DNA of 32,000 nucleotides from Nitrosospira multiformis ATCC 25196 (GTDB lineage: Bacteria > Pseudomonadota > Gammaproteobacteria > Burkholderiales > Nitrosomonadaceae), in contig NC_007614.1 of NCBI RefSeq assembly GCF_000196355.1, positions 750,001 to 782,000 of the forward strand, in the 5' to 3' direction. Below the pieces are notes generated by a model. It was not told where the DNA came from, did no database searches, and worked only from the letters and a program-made list of their open reading frames with translations. Made by a program: the position numbers and the translations under genes. The number at the start of each line of letters is the position of its first letter. The first letter of the stretch is position 1. Positions 9,353 to 18,223 of this stretch are shown piece by piece.

Positions 9353-10720
9353 ATGACATTCCTTTTCACAATTGCCGCTTTCGTTGTTGCTCTCGGCCTG
9401 CTGATCGTATTTCATGAATTCGGCCATTACCTCGTCGCCCGCTGGTGTGGAGTAAAAGTACTCCGTTTCTCCATCGGTTTCGGTCATCCGCTCATGCGGA
9501 AGCAGGTGGGAAAAGACCAGACCGAATGGGTTATTGCCGCCTTTCCTCTTGGCGGTTATGTGAAGATGCTCGATGAACGTGAAGGAACGGTTGCGCTGGA
9601 GGAACTGCCACGTTCATTCAACCGCCAGCCGGTCTTGCAGCGGTTTGCTATCGTCGCAGCGGGGCCGGTCGCGAATTTTCTGCTGGCGATCGTCCTTTAC
9701 TGGCTGTTGTTCATGCTCGGCATCAATGCGATGAAGCCTGTTCTCGGACCTGTTGCTCCCGCAACTCCGGCGGCATTTGCCGGCCTGGAGAAGGGCGACA
9801 CCCTGAGGCGAATCGAGGGGGAACCGGTGGAAACCTGGCAGGATGCGCGCTGGCTGCTATTGTCCCACGCCGTGGAAAGGTCTCCTGCACTTGCGGTGGA
9901 AGTGACCGACATCCATGGTCAGACCGGGCTGCGGAGGCTGGATTTGAGCAACATCCAGGCGGATGATCTGGATGGGGAGTTTTTAAAGAAAATCGGCCTC
10001 AGCAGTTATCAGCCCGAGGTTAAACCCGTCATTTCGCAGGTGATACCCGATAGTGCCGGAAGCCGCGCCGGGTTACGGCCGGGCGATGAAATCCTGGCAG
10101 TCAACGGGCTGAAAATTTCCCTGTGGCAAGACCTGGTGCAACAGGTGCGAGATCGGCCGGAATCACCGGTCATGCTGGAAATCCGGCGTGACGGTGCCGT
10201 GATCGACAAGGAGGTTGTTCCCGACAGCGTCACAGAGAATGGAGAAAAAATCGGGAAAATTGGGATTGCGCCGCGGATTGATTCCGATGAGATCGAAAAG
10301 CTGTTGATCGAAGTACGCTATCCCTTGGGCACGGCTTTTGCCAAGGCGATAAACAAAACCTGGGAAACTTCGAAGTTCACCTTGCAAATGTTCGGAAAAA
10401 TGCTGGCAGGTGAGGTGTCCTGGAAGAATGTAAGTGGTCCCATCACTATTGCCGACTATGCAGGAAAATCTGCCCAGATGGGCCTTTCGCCTTATCTGGG
10501 TTTTCTCGCCCTGATCAGTGTCAGTTTGGGCGTATTGAACCTGCTGCCCATTCCCGTATTGGATGGAGGGCATTTAATGTATTATGTCATCGAAATCGTC
10601 AAGGGCAGTCCGCTCTCCGCGAAAGCGATGGAAATCGGTCAGCAGGTGGGGATGGCACTCTTGTTTGCCCTGATGGCTTTTGCCATTTATAACGACATAA
10701 ACCGCCTCATCCCCGGTTAA
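9353..10720 (+). CDS. rseP: RIP zinc metalloprotease RseP (site-2 protease)
   Basis: MTFLFTIAAFVVALGLLIVFHEFGHYLVARWCGVKVLRFSIGFG carries the HExxH motif in TM1. There are central PDZ-like regions, and the C-terminus has NLLPIPVLDGGHL. The track's start at 9209 adds 48 non-homologous residues. Confidence 0.95.
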   Translation: MTFLFTIAAFVVALGLLIVFHEFGHYLVARWCGVKVLRFSIGFGHPLMRKQVGKDQTEWVIAAFPLGGYVKMLDEREGTVALEELPRSFNRQPVLQRFAIVAAGPVANFLLAIVLYWLLFMLGINAMKPVLGPVAPATPAAFAGLEKGDTLRRIEGEPVETWQDARWLLLSHAVERSPALAVEVTDIHGQTGLRRLDLSNIQADDLDGEFLKKIGLSSYQPEVKPVISQVIPDSAGSRAGLRPGDEILAVNGLKISLWQDLVQQVRDRPESPVMLEIRRDGAVIDKEVVPDSVTENGEKIGKIGIAPRIDSDEIEKLLIEVRYPLGTAFAKAINKTWETSKFTLQMFGKMLAGEVSWKNVSGPITIADYAGKSAQMGLSPYLGFLALISVSLGVLNLLPIPVLDGGHLMYYVIEIVKGSPLSAKAMEIGQQVGMALLFALMAFAIYNDINRLIPG

Positions 10721-10723
10721 AGC

Positions 10724-13006
10724 ATGAAAGTCAGGTATCTGGTCGCGCTTGTTTCTGCTTTGTGCGCTTCGGCTTCATGGGCACGCGAGCCCTTCGAAGT
10801 CAAGGACATCCGGGTGGAAGGCATACAGCGCACCGAGGCCGGAACCGTGTTCAGTTACCTGCCGGTGAAGGTCGGAGATGTGCTCGACGACGAAAAGGCG
10901 GCGGCGGCGATCAAGGCGCTGTATGCCACCGGTTTTTTCAAGGATGTACGGCTCGAGTCCGAAAACGGTGTCCTGATCGTGGTGATAGAGGAGCGGCCGG
11001 CGATTGCTCAGATCACCATTGTCGGTGCCAAGGAGTTTGAGAAAGACAAGCTCAAGGAGGGGCTGAAACAGGCAGGTTTGGCGGAATCCCGCATTTTCGA
11101 TCGCTCGACACTGGAAAAGGCCGAACAGGAACTCAAGCAGCAGTATATGGCGCGCGGCAAATATGCCGTGAAAATCACCACAACCACTACTCCGCTTGAA
11201 CGAAACCGCGTGGGCATTACCTTCCATGTGGACGAAGGCAGGACCGCCAAGATTCGCAAGATCAATATCGTCGGAAATAAAGCTTTCAAGGAAAAGGATC
11301 TGTTGAGCGCGTTCTCGCTGCGGACTCCTGGCCTCTTGACCTGGCTCACCAAGGAAGACCAGTATTCGAAGCAGAAGCTCGGCGGCGATCTCGAATCGCT
11401 CCGTTCCTATTACCTGAATCGCGGCTACCTCGAATTCAGCATAGAGTCGACGCAGGTATCGATCACACCCGACATGCAGGATATTTACATTACGGTAAAT
11501 ATCGTCGAGGGCCCTAAATATGATGTTTCCGAAATCAAGCTTGCCGGTGAACTGCTGGTTCCGGAAGAGGAACTGCGCAAGCTCATACAACTCTCGCCCG
11601 GAGACACGTTTTCCCGCGAAAAGCTGACGGAGTCCATCAAGCTCATCACCGACCGGCTCGGCGACGATGGTTACGCATTCGCCAATGTCAACGCCTCTCC
11701 CCAGCTGGACAAGGAAAAGCAGCAGGTGGCGTTCACCTTTTTTATCGATCCCGGCCGTCGCGTCTATGTCAGACGCATCAATATTACCGGCAACTCCCGA
11801 ACCCGGGATGAAGTGATACGGCGGGAAATGCGCCAGTTCGAAGGGGGCTGGTATTCAACCAGCAAGATAAACCGCTCCAAGACCCGGGTCGACAGATTGA
11901 ATTACTTTACTGCCGTCAATGTTGAAACTCCGGCGGTTCCCGGTACCACGGACCAGATCGATGTGAATGTCGAAGTCAAGGAAAAGCCGACGGGCGCCGT
12001 GATGTTCGGTGCGGGCTATTCCAACATGGAAGGACTGATACTGAGCGGGTCTGTTGCGCAGGACAATATATTCGGTACCGGCAAGTTCGTCAATCTCATG
12101 GTGAATACCGGTAGCGTCAACAAGACCTATTCATTGTCCTATACCGACCCCTATTTCACCAAGGATGGTGTCACGGCAGGACTCGATCTCTATAAGCGGG
12201 TGCTCAACACACGCACCTTGTCCTCCGTGATGAATTTCAACACCGACACGCTGGGCGCAGGTCTTCGTTTCGGCATTCCCATCAATGAAAATGACAGCAT
12301 CATGGGGGGGCTGGGAGCGGAACAAACCACGATCGATCTTGGGCCTGACAGCCCGCAGCGTAATATCGATTTCGTGAACAAATTCGGGCGGACCACGATC
12401 AACATACCTGCAACGCTCAGCTGGAGGCGGGATGGCCGTGACAGCGCAATCTGGACAACTTCGGGAACCACGCAGCGCGTGTTCGCGGAGGTGGGCCTGC
12501 CGGGAGGAGACCTCACTTATTACAAATTGAGTTATGACCTTCGCTGGTATTTCCCCATCACCGAGATATTTACGCTGATGTTGAATGGGGAACTCGGATA
12601 TGGGGATGGCTATTCCGGTAAAGAGCTTCCCTTTTTCAAGAATTTCTTCGCCGGGGGCAATACCTCCGTGCGGGGTTACAACATCAGTTCGCTGGGTCCC
12701 AGGGACGCAACCAACAGAACCTTGGGAGGCAACAAACGTGCGGTAGGCAATATCGAGGTTCTGTTTCCGATGCCCGGCATGAGGAATGATCGCACAGTAC
12801 GCCTGAGCGCGTTTCTGGATGGGGGCACGGTCTGGGGACCTGGTGGGGTAAGACCCGATCAGGAGGGCTTGCGTTATTCTGCCGGTATCGCCGTTACCTG
12901 GATATCTCCTATGGGGCCGCTCAAAATCAGCGTGGCCCAGCCCTTGAATAGCCAGCCCGGCGACAACATACAGCGTTTTCAGTTTCAGTTTGGGCAACAA
13001 TTCTAG
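10724..13006 (+). CDS. bamA: Outer-membrane protein assembly factor BamA
   Basis: 760 aa with a signal peptide, POTRA repeats (FEVKDIRVEGIQRTEAGTVFSYLPVKVGD...) and a C-terminal beta-barrel ending ...QRFQFQFGQQF with a terminal aromatic residue. It directly follows rseP. Confidence 0.97.
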   Translation: MKVRYLVALVSALCASASWAREPFEVKDIRVEGIQRTEAGTVFSYLPVKVGDVLDDEKAAAAIKALYATGFFKDVRLESENGVLIVVIEERPAIAQITIVGAKEFEKDKLKEGLKQAGLAESRIFDRSTLEKAEQELKQQYMARGKYAVKITTTTTPLERNRVGITFHVDEGRTAKIRKINIVGNKAFKEKDLLSAFSLRTPGLLTWLTKEDQYSKQKLGGDLESLRSYYLNRGYLEFSIESTQVSITPDMQDIYITVNIVEGPKYDVSEIKLAGELLVPEEELRKLIQLSPGDTFSREKLTESIKLITDRLGDDGYAFANVNASPQLDKEKQQVAFTFFIDPGRRVYVRRINITGNSRTRDEVIRREMRQFEGGWYSTSKINRSKTRVDRLNYFTAVNVETPAVPGTTDQIDVNVEVKEKPTGAVMFGAGYSNMEGLILSGSVAQDNIFGTGKFVNLMVNTGSVNKTYSLSYTDPYFTKDGVTAGLDLYKRVLNTRTLSSVMNFNTDTLGAGLRFGIPINENDSIMGGLGAEQTTIDLGPDSPQRNIDFVNKFGRTTINIPATLSWRRDGRDSAIWTTSGTTQRVFAEVGLPGGDLTYYKLSYDLRWYFPITEIFTLMLNGELGYGDGYSGKELPFFKNFFAGGNTSVRGYNISSLGPRDATNRTLGGNKRAVGNIEVLFPMPGMRNDRTVRLSAFLDGGTVWGPGGVRPDQEGLRYSAGIAVTWISPMGPLKISVAQPLNSQPGDNIQRFQFQFGQQF

Positions 13007-13025
13007 ACTAGATCCGGAGATAAAA

Positions 13026-13553
13026 TTGAAACACAAGATACTGGGACGAACTTTAATCGCGATAACCTCCATTCTCGTCGCATCTATCTACGGAACCGCA
13101 GGCGCGCTGGCAGAAGATATCAAGGTCGGGGTTGTCGACACGGAGCGCATTCTGGCTGAATCTGCGCCCGCGGTCAGAGCACTTAGAAAAATCGAAAGGG
13201 AATTTCTCCCCCGGGACCAGGAGCTCAAGAAACTCGCGGTACAGGCGAAGGAGCTTCAGGATTTGCTGGAAAAAGAAGGAAAGCGCATGCCGGAAGCGGA
13301 ACGCCGCAGCAAGGAGCGCGACCTGGCTGCGCTTAACCGGGAATACCAGCGCGGGCAACGGCAGTTGCGTGAAGATTTGAGCCTGCGCCAGAACGATGAG
13401 GTTGCGGCGCTTCAGCTGACCGCCACCAAGGCCATTCAAATCATTGCCGAGACCGAGAAGTACGACCTCATATTGCCCCTGCGCGATCTCGTCTACCGAA
13501 GCCCGCGAATCGATATTACTGACAAGGTACTCAAAGCGCTGGCCGACAAGTAG
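13026..13553 (+). CDS. skp: Periplasmic chaperone Skp (OmpH)
   Basis: The TTG at 13026 is preceded by GGAGA 8 nt upstream. There is a signal peptide (KHKILGRTLIAITSILVASIYGTAGALA) followed by IKVGVVDTERILAESAPAV and a long charged coiled-coil region typical of Skp, in the conserved position after bamA. The track's ATG at 12990 overlaps bamA and is less likely. Confidence 0.85.
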   Translation: MKHKILGRTLIAITSILVASIYGTAGALAEDIKVGVVDTERILAESAPAVRALRKIEREFLPRDQELKKLAVQAKELQDLLEKEGKRMPEAERRSKERDLAALNREYQRGQRQLREDLSLRQNDEVAALQLTATKAIQIIAETEKYDLILPLRDLVYRSPRIDITDKVLKALADK

Positions 13554-13661
13554 CTCCGGCGGTCAGGGACAACGGGCAAGTCCGTCTCTCCTCCGATCAT
13601 CTCAATCCTCTGATCATCCTTTATCCACTTCTTATCAAGAACCCGGGAAAACATCGCGCTA

Positions 13662-14102
13662 ATGGATATCCATGAAATTCTGAAATACCTTCCTCACCGT
13701 TACCCCTTGCTCCTCGTCGATCGCGTTCTCGCTTTCGAACCGGGAAAGAGCCTCACCGCGCTCAAGAACGTAACGATCAACGAACCTTTTTTTACGGGAC
13801 ACTTTCCTCATCATCCCGTCATGCCCGGGGTATTGGTGATCGAAGCGCTGGCGCAGGCTGCCGCTCTTCTGACGCTCAAAACATCCAATGTGGAAGCCGA
13901 CGAGAATTCCATCTATTATTTCGTTGGCATCGATAATGCGCGTTTCAAGCGGCCGGTGGAACCGGGCGATCAACTGATACTCAAGGCTACAGTTCTGAAG
14001 GAGAGGATCGGAATCTGGAAATATGCGGCACGGGCGGAAGTGGACGGCCGCGTTGCCGCCGAGGCCGAACTGATGTGTACCGTCAGGCCAAAAGAGACCT
14101 GA
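13662..14102 (+). CDS. fabZ: 3-hydroxyacyl-ACP dehydratase FabZ
   Basis: [65 protein letters not shown]... is the canonical FabZ sequence. Confidence 0.97.
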   Translation: MDIHEILKYLPHRYPLLLVDRVLAFEPGKSLTALKNVTINEPFFTGHFPHHPVMPGVLVIEALAQAAALLTLKTSNVEADENSIYYFVGIDNARFKRPVEPGDQLILKATVLKERIGIWKYAARAEVDGRVAAEAELMCTVRPKET

Positions 14103-14133
14103 AATACCTGCGGAAAAACGGCAGAGTTGATCC

Positions 14134-14733
14134 ATGTGCAGCAATGAATATCCTTGGGTCTGCGGTGTGGATGAGGCCGGCCGGGGGCCGCTGGCAGGAC
14201 CGGTGTTCGCTGCCTGCGTGATACTCGATCCGGCCTCTCCCATAGATGGCCTGGCAGATTCGAAAACGCTTACCGAGGGAAAGCGCAACAGCCTGACCCT
14301 TGCCATAAAGGCGTATTCGATTGCCTGGGCCATCGGGTTCGCATCCGTCAGGGAAATAGACCGGCTGAATATATTGCAAGCAAGCCTGCTGGCGATGAAA
14401 CGCGCGATCGGAAAATTGCCGGTGACGCCAGCGCGGGTATTAGTGGATGGAAACCACAGTCCCCGCCTGAAATTCCCCGTGACTACCATCGTGAGGGGCG
14501 ACAGCCTGGTGCCGGAAATTTCCGCTGCCTCGATTCTTGCCAAGACCGCCCGCGATGCCGAGATGATGGCGTTACACCGGCGTTTTCCCCGTTATGGCTT
14601 CGATCAGCACAAAGGATATTCCACGGAGCAGCATCTTGCCGCACTGAAAATTCACGGCGTTTCCATTGTGCACCGCCGCAGCTTTGCGCCGGTAAGGGAA
14701 CTCATGGCAAATGAAAAAGACGCGGAATCATGA
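14134..14733 (+). CDS. rnhB: Ribonuclease HII
   Basis: [40 protein letters not shown] and [15 protein letters not shown] are RNase HII motifs. Confidence 0.95.
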   Translation: MCSNEYPWVCGVDEAGRGPLAGPVFAACVILDPASPIDGLADSKTLTEGKRNSLTLAIKAYSIAWAIGFASVREIDRLNILQASLLAMKRAIGKLPVTPARVLVDGNHSPRLKFPVTTIVRGDSLVPEISAASILAKTARDAEMMALHRRFPRYGFDQHKGYSTEQHLAALKIHGVSIVHRRSFAPVRELMANEKDAES

Positions 14734-14948
14734 ATAAATCCTGCCCTGAACCGGGCTTCCGCGAGGCTCCTGCTTCCGGCAATTTCCATTCCGCCTGACC
14801 GGCTGCCCCGCAAAAAAGCCATATTCCATTTAAGGACTGCGAATGCAATAATGAATGATTCTCGATGAAGGCATCGAGCGCATGGCTCTTGGCATTTTTA
14901 TCATTTCCTGAGGAAATTCCTGATAACCTAACTTGCAGGCTCAACGAT

Positions 14949-15443
14949 ATGCAAATTGAAAAAGGCACCGTGGTATCGCTCAATTATATTTTGTCTGATT
15001 CAACCGGTGAAATTCTGGAGAAATCCAATTTTCCTGTAAGCTACCTCCACGGTGGTTACCACGATGAAATGTTTCCGAAGGTGGAAGAGGAGCTGACTCA
15101 CAAGGAAGCAGGGTACCGTTGCCTGGTCGTGATGGAACCGGAGGATGCTTTTGGCGAATATGACAGCGATCTCGTGCGGGTCGAGTCACGCAGCCGCTTT
15201 CCCGAGGATGTCGTGGTGGGCATGAAGTTCGAAGGGGGCGAGGAAGAGTCGGACAATGTCCGGATATATACAGTGACAGACATTGCCGAAGACAAGGTCG
15301 TGGTGGACGGCAATCATCCTCTGGCGGGGCAGTCGGTTCGATTTGAATGCGAGGTAACCGATGTGCGTCCCGCTACTGCCGAAGAGCTGGCTCATGGCCA
15401 CGCTCACGGTCCGCATGGTCATGGCCACGGGCATGAGCATTAA
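14949..15443 (+). CDS. slyD: FKBP-type peptidyl-prolyl cis-trans isomerase, SlyD-like, with a His-rich metal-binding tail
   Basis: MQIEKGTVVSLNYILSDSTGEILEKS...YLHGGYHDEMFPKVEEELTHKEAG...VDGNHPLAGQSVRFECEVTDVRPATAEEL followed by the tail AHGHAHGPHGHGHGHEH. The track's start at 14865 adds 28 non-homologous residues. Confidence 0.88.
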   Translation: MQIEKGTVVSLNYILSDSTGEILEKSNFPVSYLHGGYHDEMFPKVEEELTHKEAGYRCLVVMEPEDAFGEYDSDLVRVESRSRFPEDVVVGMKFEGGEEESDNVRIYTVTDIAEDKVVVDGNHPLAGQSVRFECEVTDVRPATAEELAHGHAHGPHGHGHGHEH

Positions 15444-15488
15444 GACGTGAACTCTGGTGGAGATCACCGTTAGAGATATAAGTCGAAG

Positions 15489-18197
15489 CTATTCTTTCTC
15501 TGCCGCCTTCTTCAAGCCGTAGAGCTGCTCCAGGGCCTGTTTCGGGCTCAAGTCGTCGGGAACGATAGTGCGTAACAGTGCAAGTACGGGATGCTCCGGG
15601 GCGCTGTCATTTTTGTCAACGGAACCTTCCGGCATCCTGTCCTGCTTCCAGAAGAGGTCGTCCCTGGAGAACAAGTCTCCTTGCGGCTGATTGCTCAACG
15701 CTTCCTGCTCGAGTTTCAGCAGATATCTTCTCGCTGTTCTTATTACCGGATCAGGCACTCCGGCCAATGCCGCCACCTGGAGACCGTAGCTCTGGCTGGC
15801 CGGCCCCTCGTTGACGGCGTGCAGGAACACGATATGATGTTTGTGCTCCACCGCGCGCAGGTGCACATTGGCGACCTGTGCAAACTCCTCCGCAAGCCGC
15901 GTCAATTCGAAATAATGTGTGGCGAATAGGGTGTAGCTACGGTTCTTTTCCAGCAGATAACGGGCGATTGCGAAAGCGAGCGCCAGTCCATCGAACGTAG
16001 AGGTTCCCCGGCCCACTTCATCCATCAGCACCAGGCTTTGCGCCGTGGCGTTGTGCAGGATATTTGCCGCCTCGGTCATTTCCATCATGAAGGTGGAGCG
16101 CCCTCCCGCCAGATCGTCGGATGCGCCGATCCGCGTGAAAAGCTGATCGAGCGGTCCAATAAGCGCGCTTCTCGCGGGAACAAAACTCCCGCAATGGGCG
16201 AGTAGCGCAATCAGGGCAACCTGGCGCATGTAGGTAGACTTCCCGCCCATGTTGGGCCCGGTAATGACGAGCATCTGCCGTCTGCCACCCGTGCGGGCGC
16301 CAAGCTGGACATCATTGGCGATGAAGCTGTCCACTTGTTTTTCAACTACCGGATGCCGCCCTGCCTGAATTTCGATAACACTGTCACTGGTAAAAAGGGG
16401 CAGGCTGTAGTCAAGTGCCAGCGCGCGTTCGGCAAAGGTCGCAAGGACATCCAGTTCTGCCACGCTGCGTGCAACCTGCTGCAGATGGTCGATATATTGG
16501 GAGAGCATATCCAGCAGCTCGCCATACAGCAATTTCTCCCGCTCCAGTGCCCGGCTCTGGGCAGAAAGCGCCTTTTCCTCGAAAGCTTTGAGCTCAGGCG
16601 TAATGTAGCGCTCCGCATTCTTCAGCGTCTGTCTGCGCCGATAGTCGTCGGGGATTTTCTCGGTGTGCGCATGCGTCACTTCAATGTAAAAACCGTGCAA
16701 ACGGTTGTATTCCACCTTGAGATTCGCAATACCGGTACGGGCCTTTTCCCGGGTTTCGAGTTGCAGCAGGAATTCATCGCAATTGTTGTGTATCGCGCGC
16801 AGTTCATCCAATTCGGCATCGTAGCCATCGGCAATCACGCCCCCGGTGCGCAGCATCACCTCCGGTTCTTCCTTCAGCGATTTCTCCAGCAGCGCAACGA
16901 GAGCATTGTCTGGCGCCATCGAGTGGATGAGCGCCGCGACATGCGCGCTTACGTCACTGCCGCCGCTACTTGTAGTAGCGGTACCGGCAACGGCGTTGTT
17001 GACTGCGGGCAGCCGTTTCAGGCTGTCGCGCAGCCCGGATAAGTCCCGTGGCCGTGCCGATTTCAGGGCGATACGGGCAGTAATGCGCTCGATATCCGTC
17101 ACGCGCTTCAAGCAGTCGCGCACCGAAAGGCAGGGGCCTGATCCTGCTTCCCCCATCAAAAAAGATACACCATTGAGCCGGTTCTGGATCAGCCCGCGGT
17201 CGCGAAGCGGGTGGTGCAGCCAGTGGCACAGCAGTCGGCTGCCCATGTTGGTCGAACAGGTATCCAGCAGGGACAATAAAGTGGGCGCCGCGTCACCTCG
17301 TATAGTTTCGGAGATCTCCAGATTGCGGCGAGTGGTGGCGTCCATGCGCAGATAGGTATCCTCCCGCTCAACCCGCAACCCCTTGATATGACCTATGCTG
17401 GCGCCCTGCGTCAGCCGGGTATAATCCAGCAACGCACTTGCGGCGCCGAGAGAAACATCCAGATCCTCGCAGCCGAAACCGGAAAGGTCATGGGTACCGA
17501 ACTGCCGGGAGAGATTGCGCACAGCCGCGGCGGTATCGAACTGCCATGCCGGCAAATGCTTCACGCATAACTTCTCCTGTATTACCCTGTCGTTGATCCC
17601 GGCAAGATTCAGCGATTCCGGCAAAAGAATCTCGGCAGGCTTCAGGCGTTCGAGTTCGGCTGTGAGATTGTTCACCGAAGTCTCCATCACGGAAAATTGC
17701 CCTGCTGCAAGATTCAGCCACGCCAGCCCCAGGGTGGATTCATGCACGAGCAAGGCAAGCAGGGCGCTGTCGCGCTTGTCCTCCAGGAGCGCAGCATCGG
17801 TCAGGGTGCCGGGGGTGATGATGCGTGTCACCTGGCGTTCTACCGGTCCTTTCGAAGTGGCGGGATCGCCCACCTGTTCGCAGATGACGACCGATTCTCC
17901 AAGCTTGACGAGCTTTGCCAGATACTGTTCCGCCGCATGGTAAGGCACACCAGCCATCTTGATCGGCTCTCCCGCCGAAGTGCCGCGACGGGTCAGGGTG
18001 ATGTCGAGCAGCTTCGCTGCCTTTTCCGCATCGTCAAAGAACAGTTCATAGAAATCCCCCATCCGGTAAAACATCAGCATATCCGGATGCTGCGCCTTGA
18101 TGCGCAGGTATTGCTGCATCATGGGGGTATGGTTATTCAATACCGCTTCAAATACTGTGGGATCGGTTGAAAGTCTGGCTTTACTGGATTGAGACAT
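15489..18197 (-). CDS. mutS: DNA mismatch repair protein MutS
   Basis: 902 aa. The N-terminus is [47 protein letters not shown]. Walker A is [24 protein letters not shown] and [16 protein letters not shown] are also present. Confidence 0.98.
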   Translation of the reverse strand: MSQSSKARLSTDPTVFEAVLNNHTPMMQQYLRIKAQHPDMLMFYRMGDFYELFFDDAEKAAKLLDITLTRRGTSAGEPIKMAGVPYHAAEQYLAKLVKLGESVVICEQVGDPATSKGPVERQVTRIITPGTLTDAALLEDKRDSALLALLVHESTLGLAWLNLAAGQFSVMETSVNNLTAELERLKPAEILLPESLNLAGINDRVIQEKLCVKHLPAWQFDTAAAVRNLSRQFGTHDLSGFGCEDLDVSLGAASALLDYTRLTQGASIGHIKGLRVEREDTYLRMDATTRRNLEISETIRGDAAPTLLSLLDTCSTNMGSRLLCHWLHHPLRDRGLIQNRLNGVSFLMGEAGSGPCLSVRDCLKRVTDIERITARIALKSARPRDLSGLRDSLKRLPAVNNAVAGTATTSSGGSDVSAHVAALIHSMAPDNALVALLEKSLKEEPEVMLRTGGVIADGYDAELDELRAIHNNCDEFLLQLETREKARTGIANLKVEYNRLHGFYIEVTHAHTEKIPDDYRRRQTLKNAERYITPELKAFEEKALSAQSRALEREKLLYGELLDMLSQYIDHLQQVARSVAELDVLATFAERALALDYSLPLFTSDSVIEIQAGRHPVVEKQVDSFIANDVQLGARTGGRRQMLVITGPNMGGKSTYMRQVALIALLAHCGSFVPARSALIGPLDQLFTRIGASDDLAGGRSTFMMEMTEAANILHNATAQSLVLMDEVGRGTSTFDGLALAFAIARYLLEKNRSYTLFATHYFELTRLAEEFAQVANVHLRAVEHKHHIVFLHAVNEGPASQSYGLQVAALAGVPDPVIRTARRYLLKLEQEALSNQPQGDLFSRDDLFWKQDRMPEGSVDKNDSAPEHPVLALLRTIVPDDLSPKQALEQLYGLKKAAEKE

Positions 18198-18223
18198 TCA
18201 TTATTTCTTTGTGAAGTAATCAT

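Noticed and set aside
8818-9356. ORFs at 8818-9123 (minus, 101 aa) and 9048-9356 (plus, 102 aa, GTG start) in or around the dxr-rseP gap
   Set aside because: The first is mostly antisense to dxr. The second has no SD, no motifs, and overlaps the real rseP start. Neither is supportable as a gene.
10775-13072. 271-aa (10775-11590) and 313-aa (12131-13072) minus-strand ORFs inside bamA
   Set aside because: Both are antisense shadow frames of a confidently identified 760-aa BamA gene, and neither has recognisable features.
13659-14543. 294-aa minus-strand ORF spanning fabZ and rnhB
   Set aside because: I considered it as a possible degenerate lpx gene because lpxD/A/B are missing here. Its translation has no hexapeptide repeats or LpxB-like motifs, and it is simply antisense to two bona fide genes.
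15395-15443. Repetitive CAT/CAC-GGC codon run at the end of the SlyD-like gene
   Set aside because: This is coding low-complexity sequence for the His-rich tail (HGHAHGPHGHGHGHEH), a normal SlyD feature. It is not a DNA tandem-repeat element or CRISPR.
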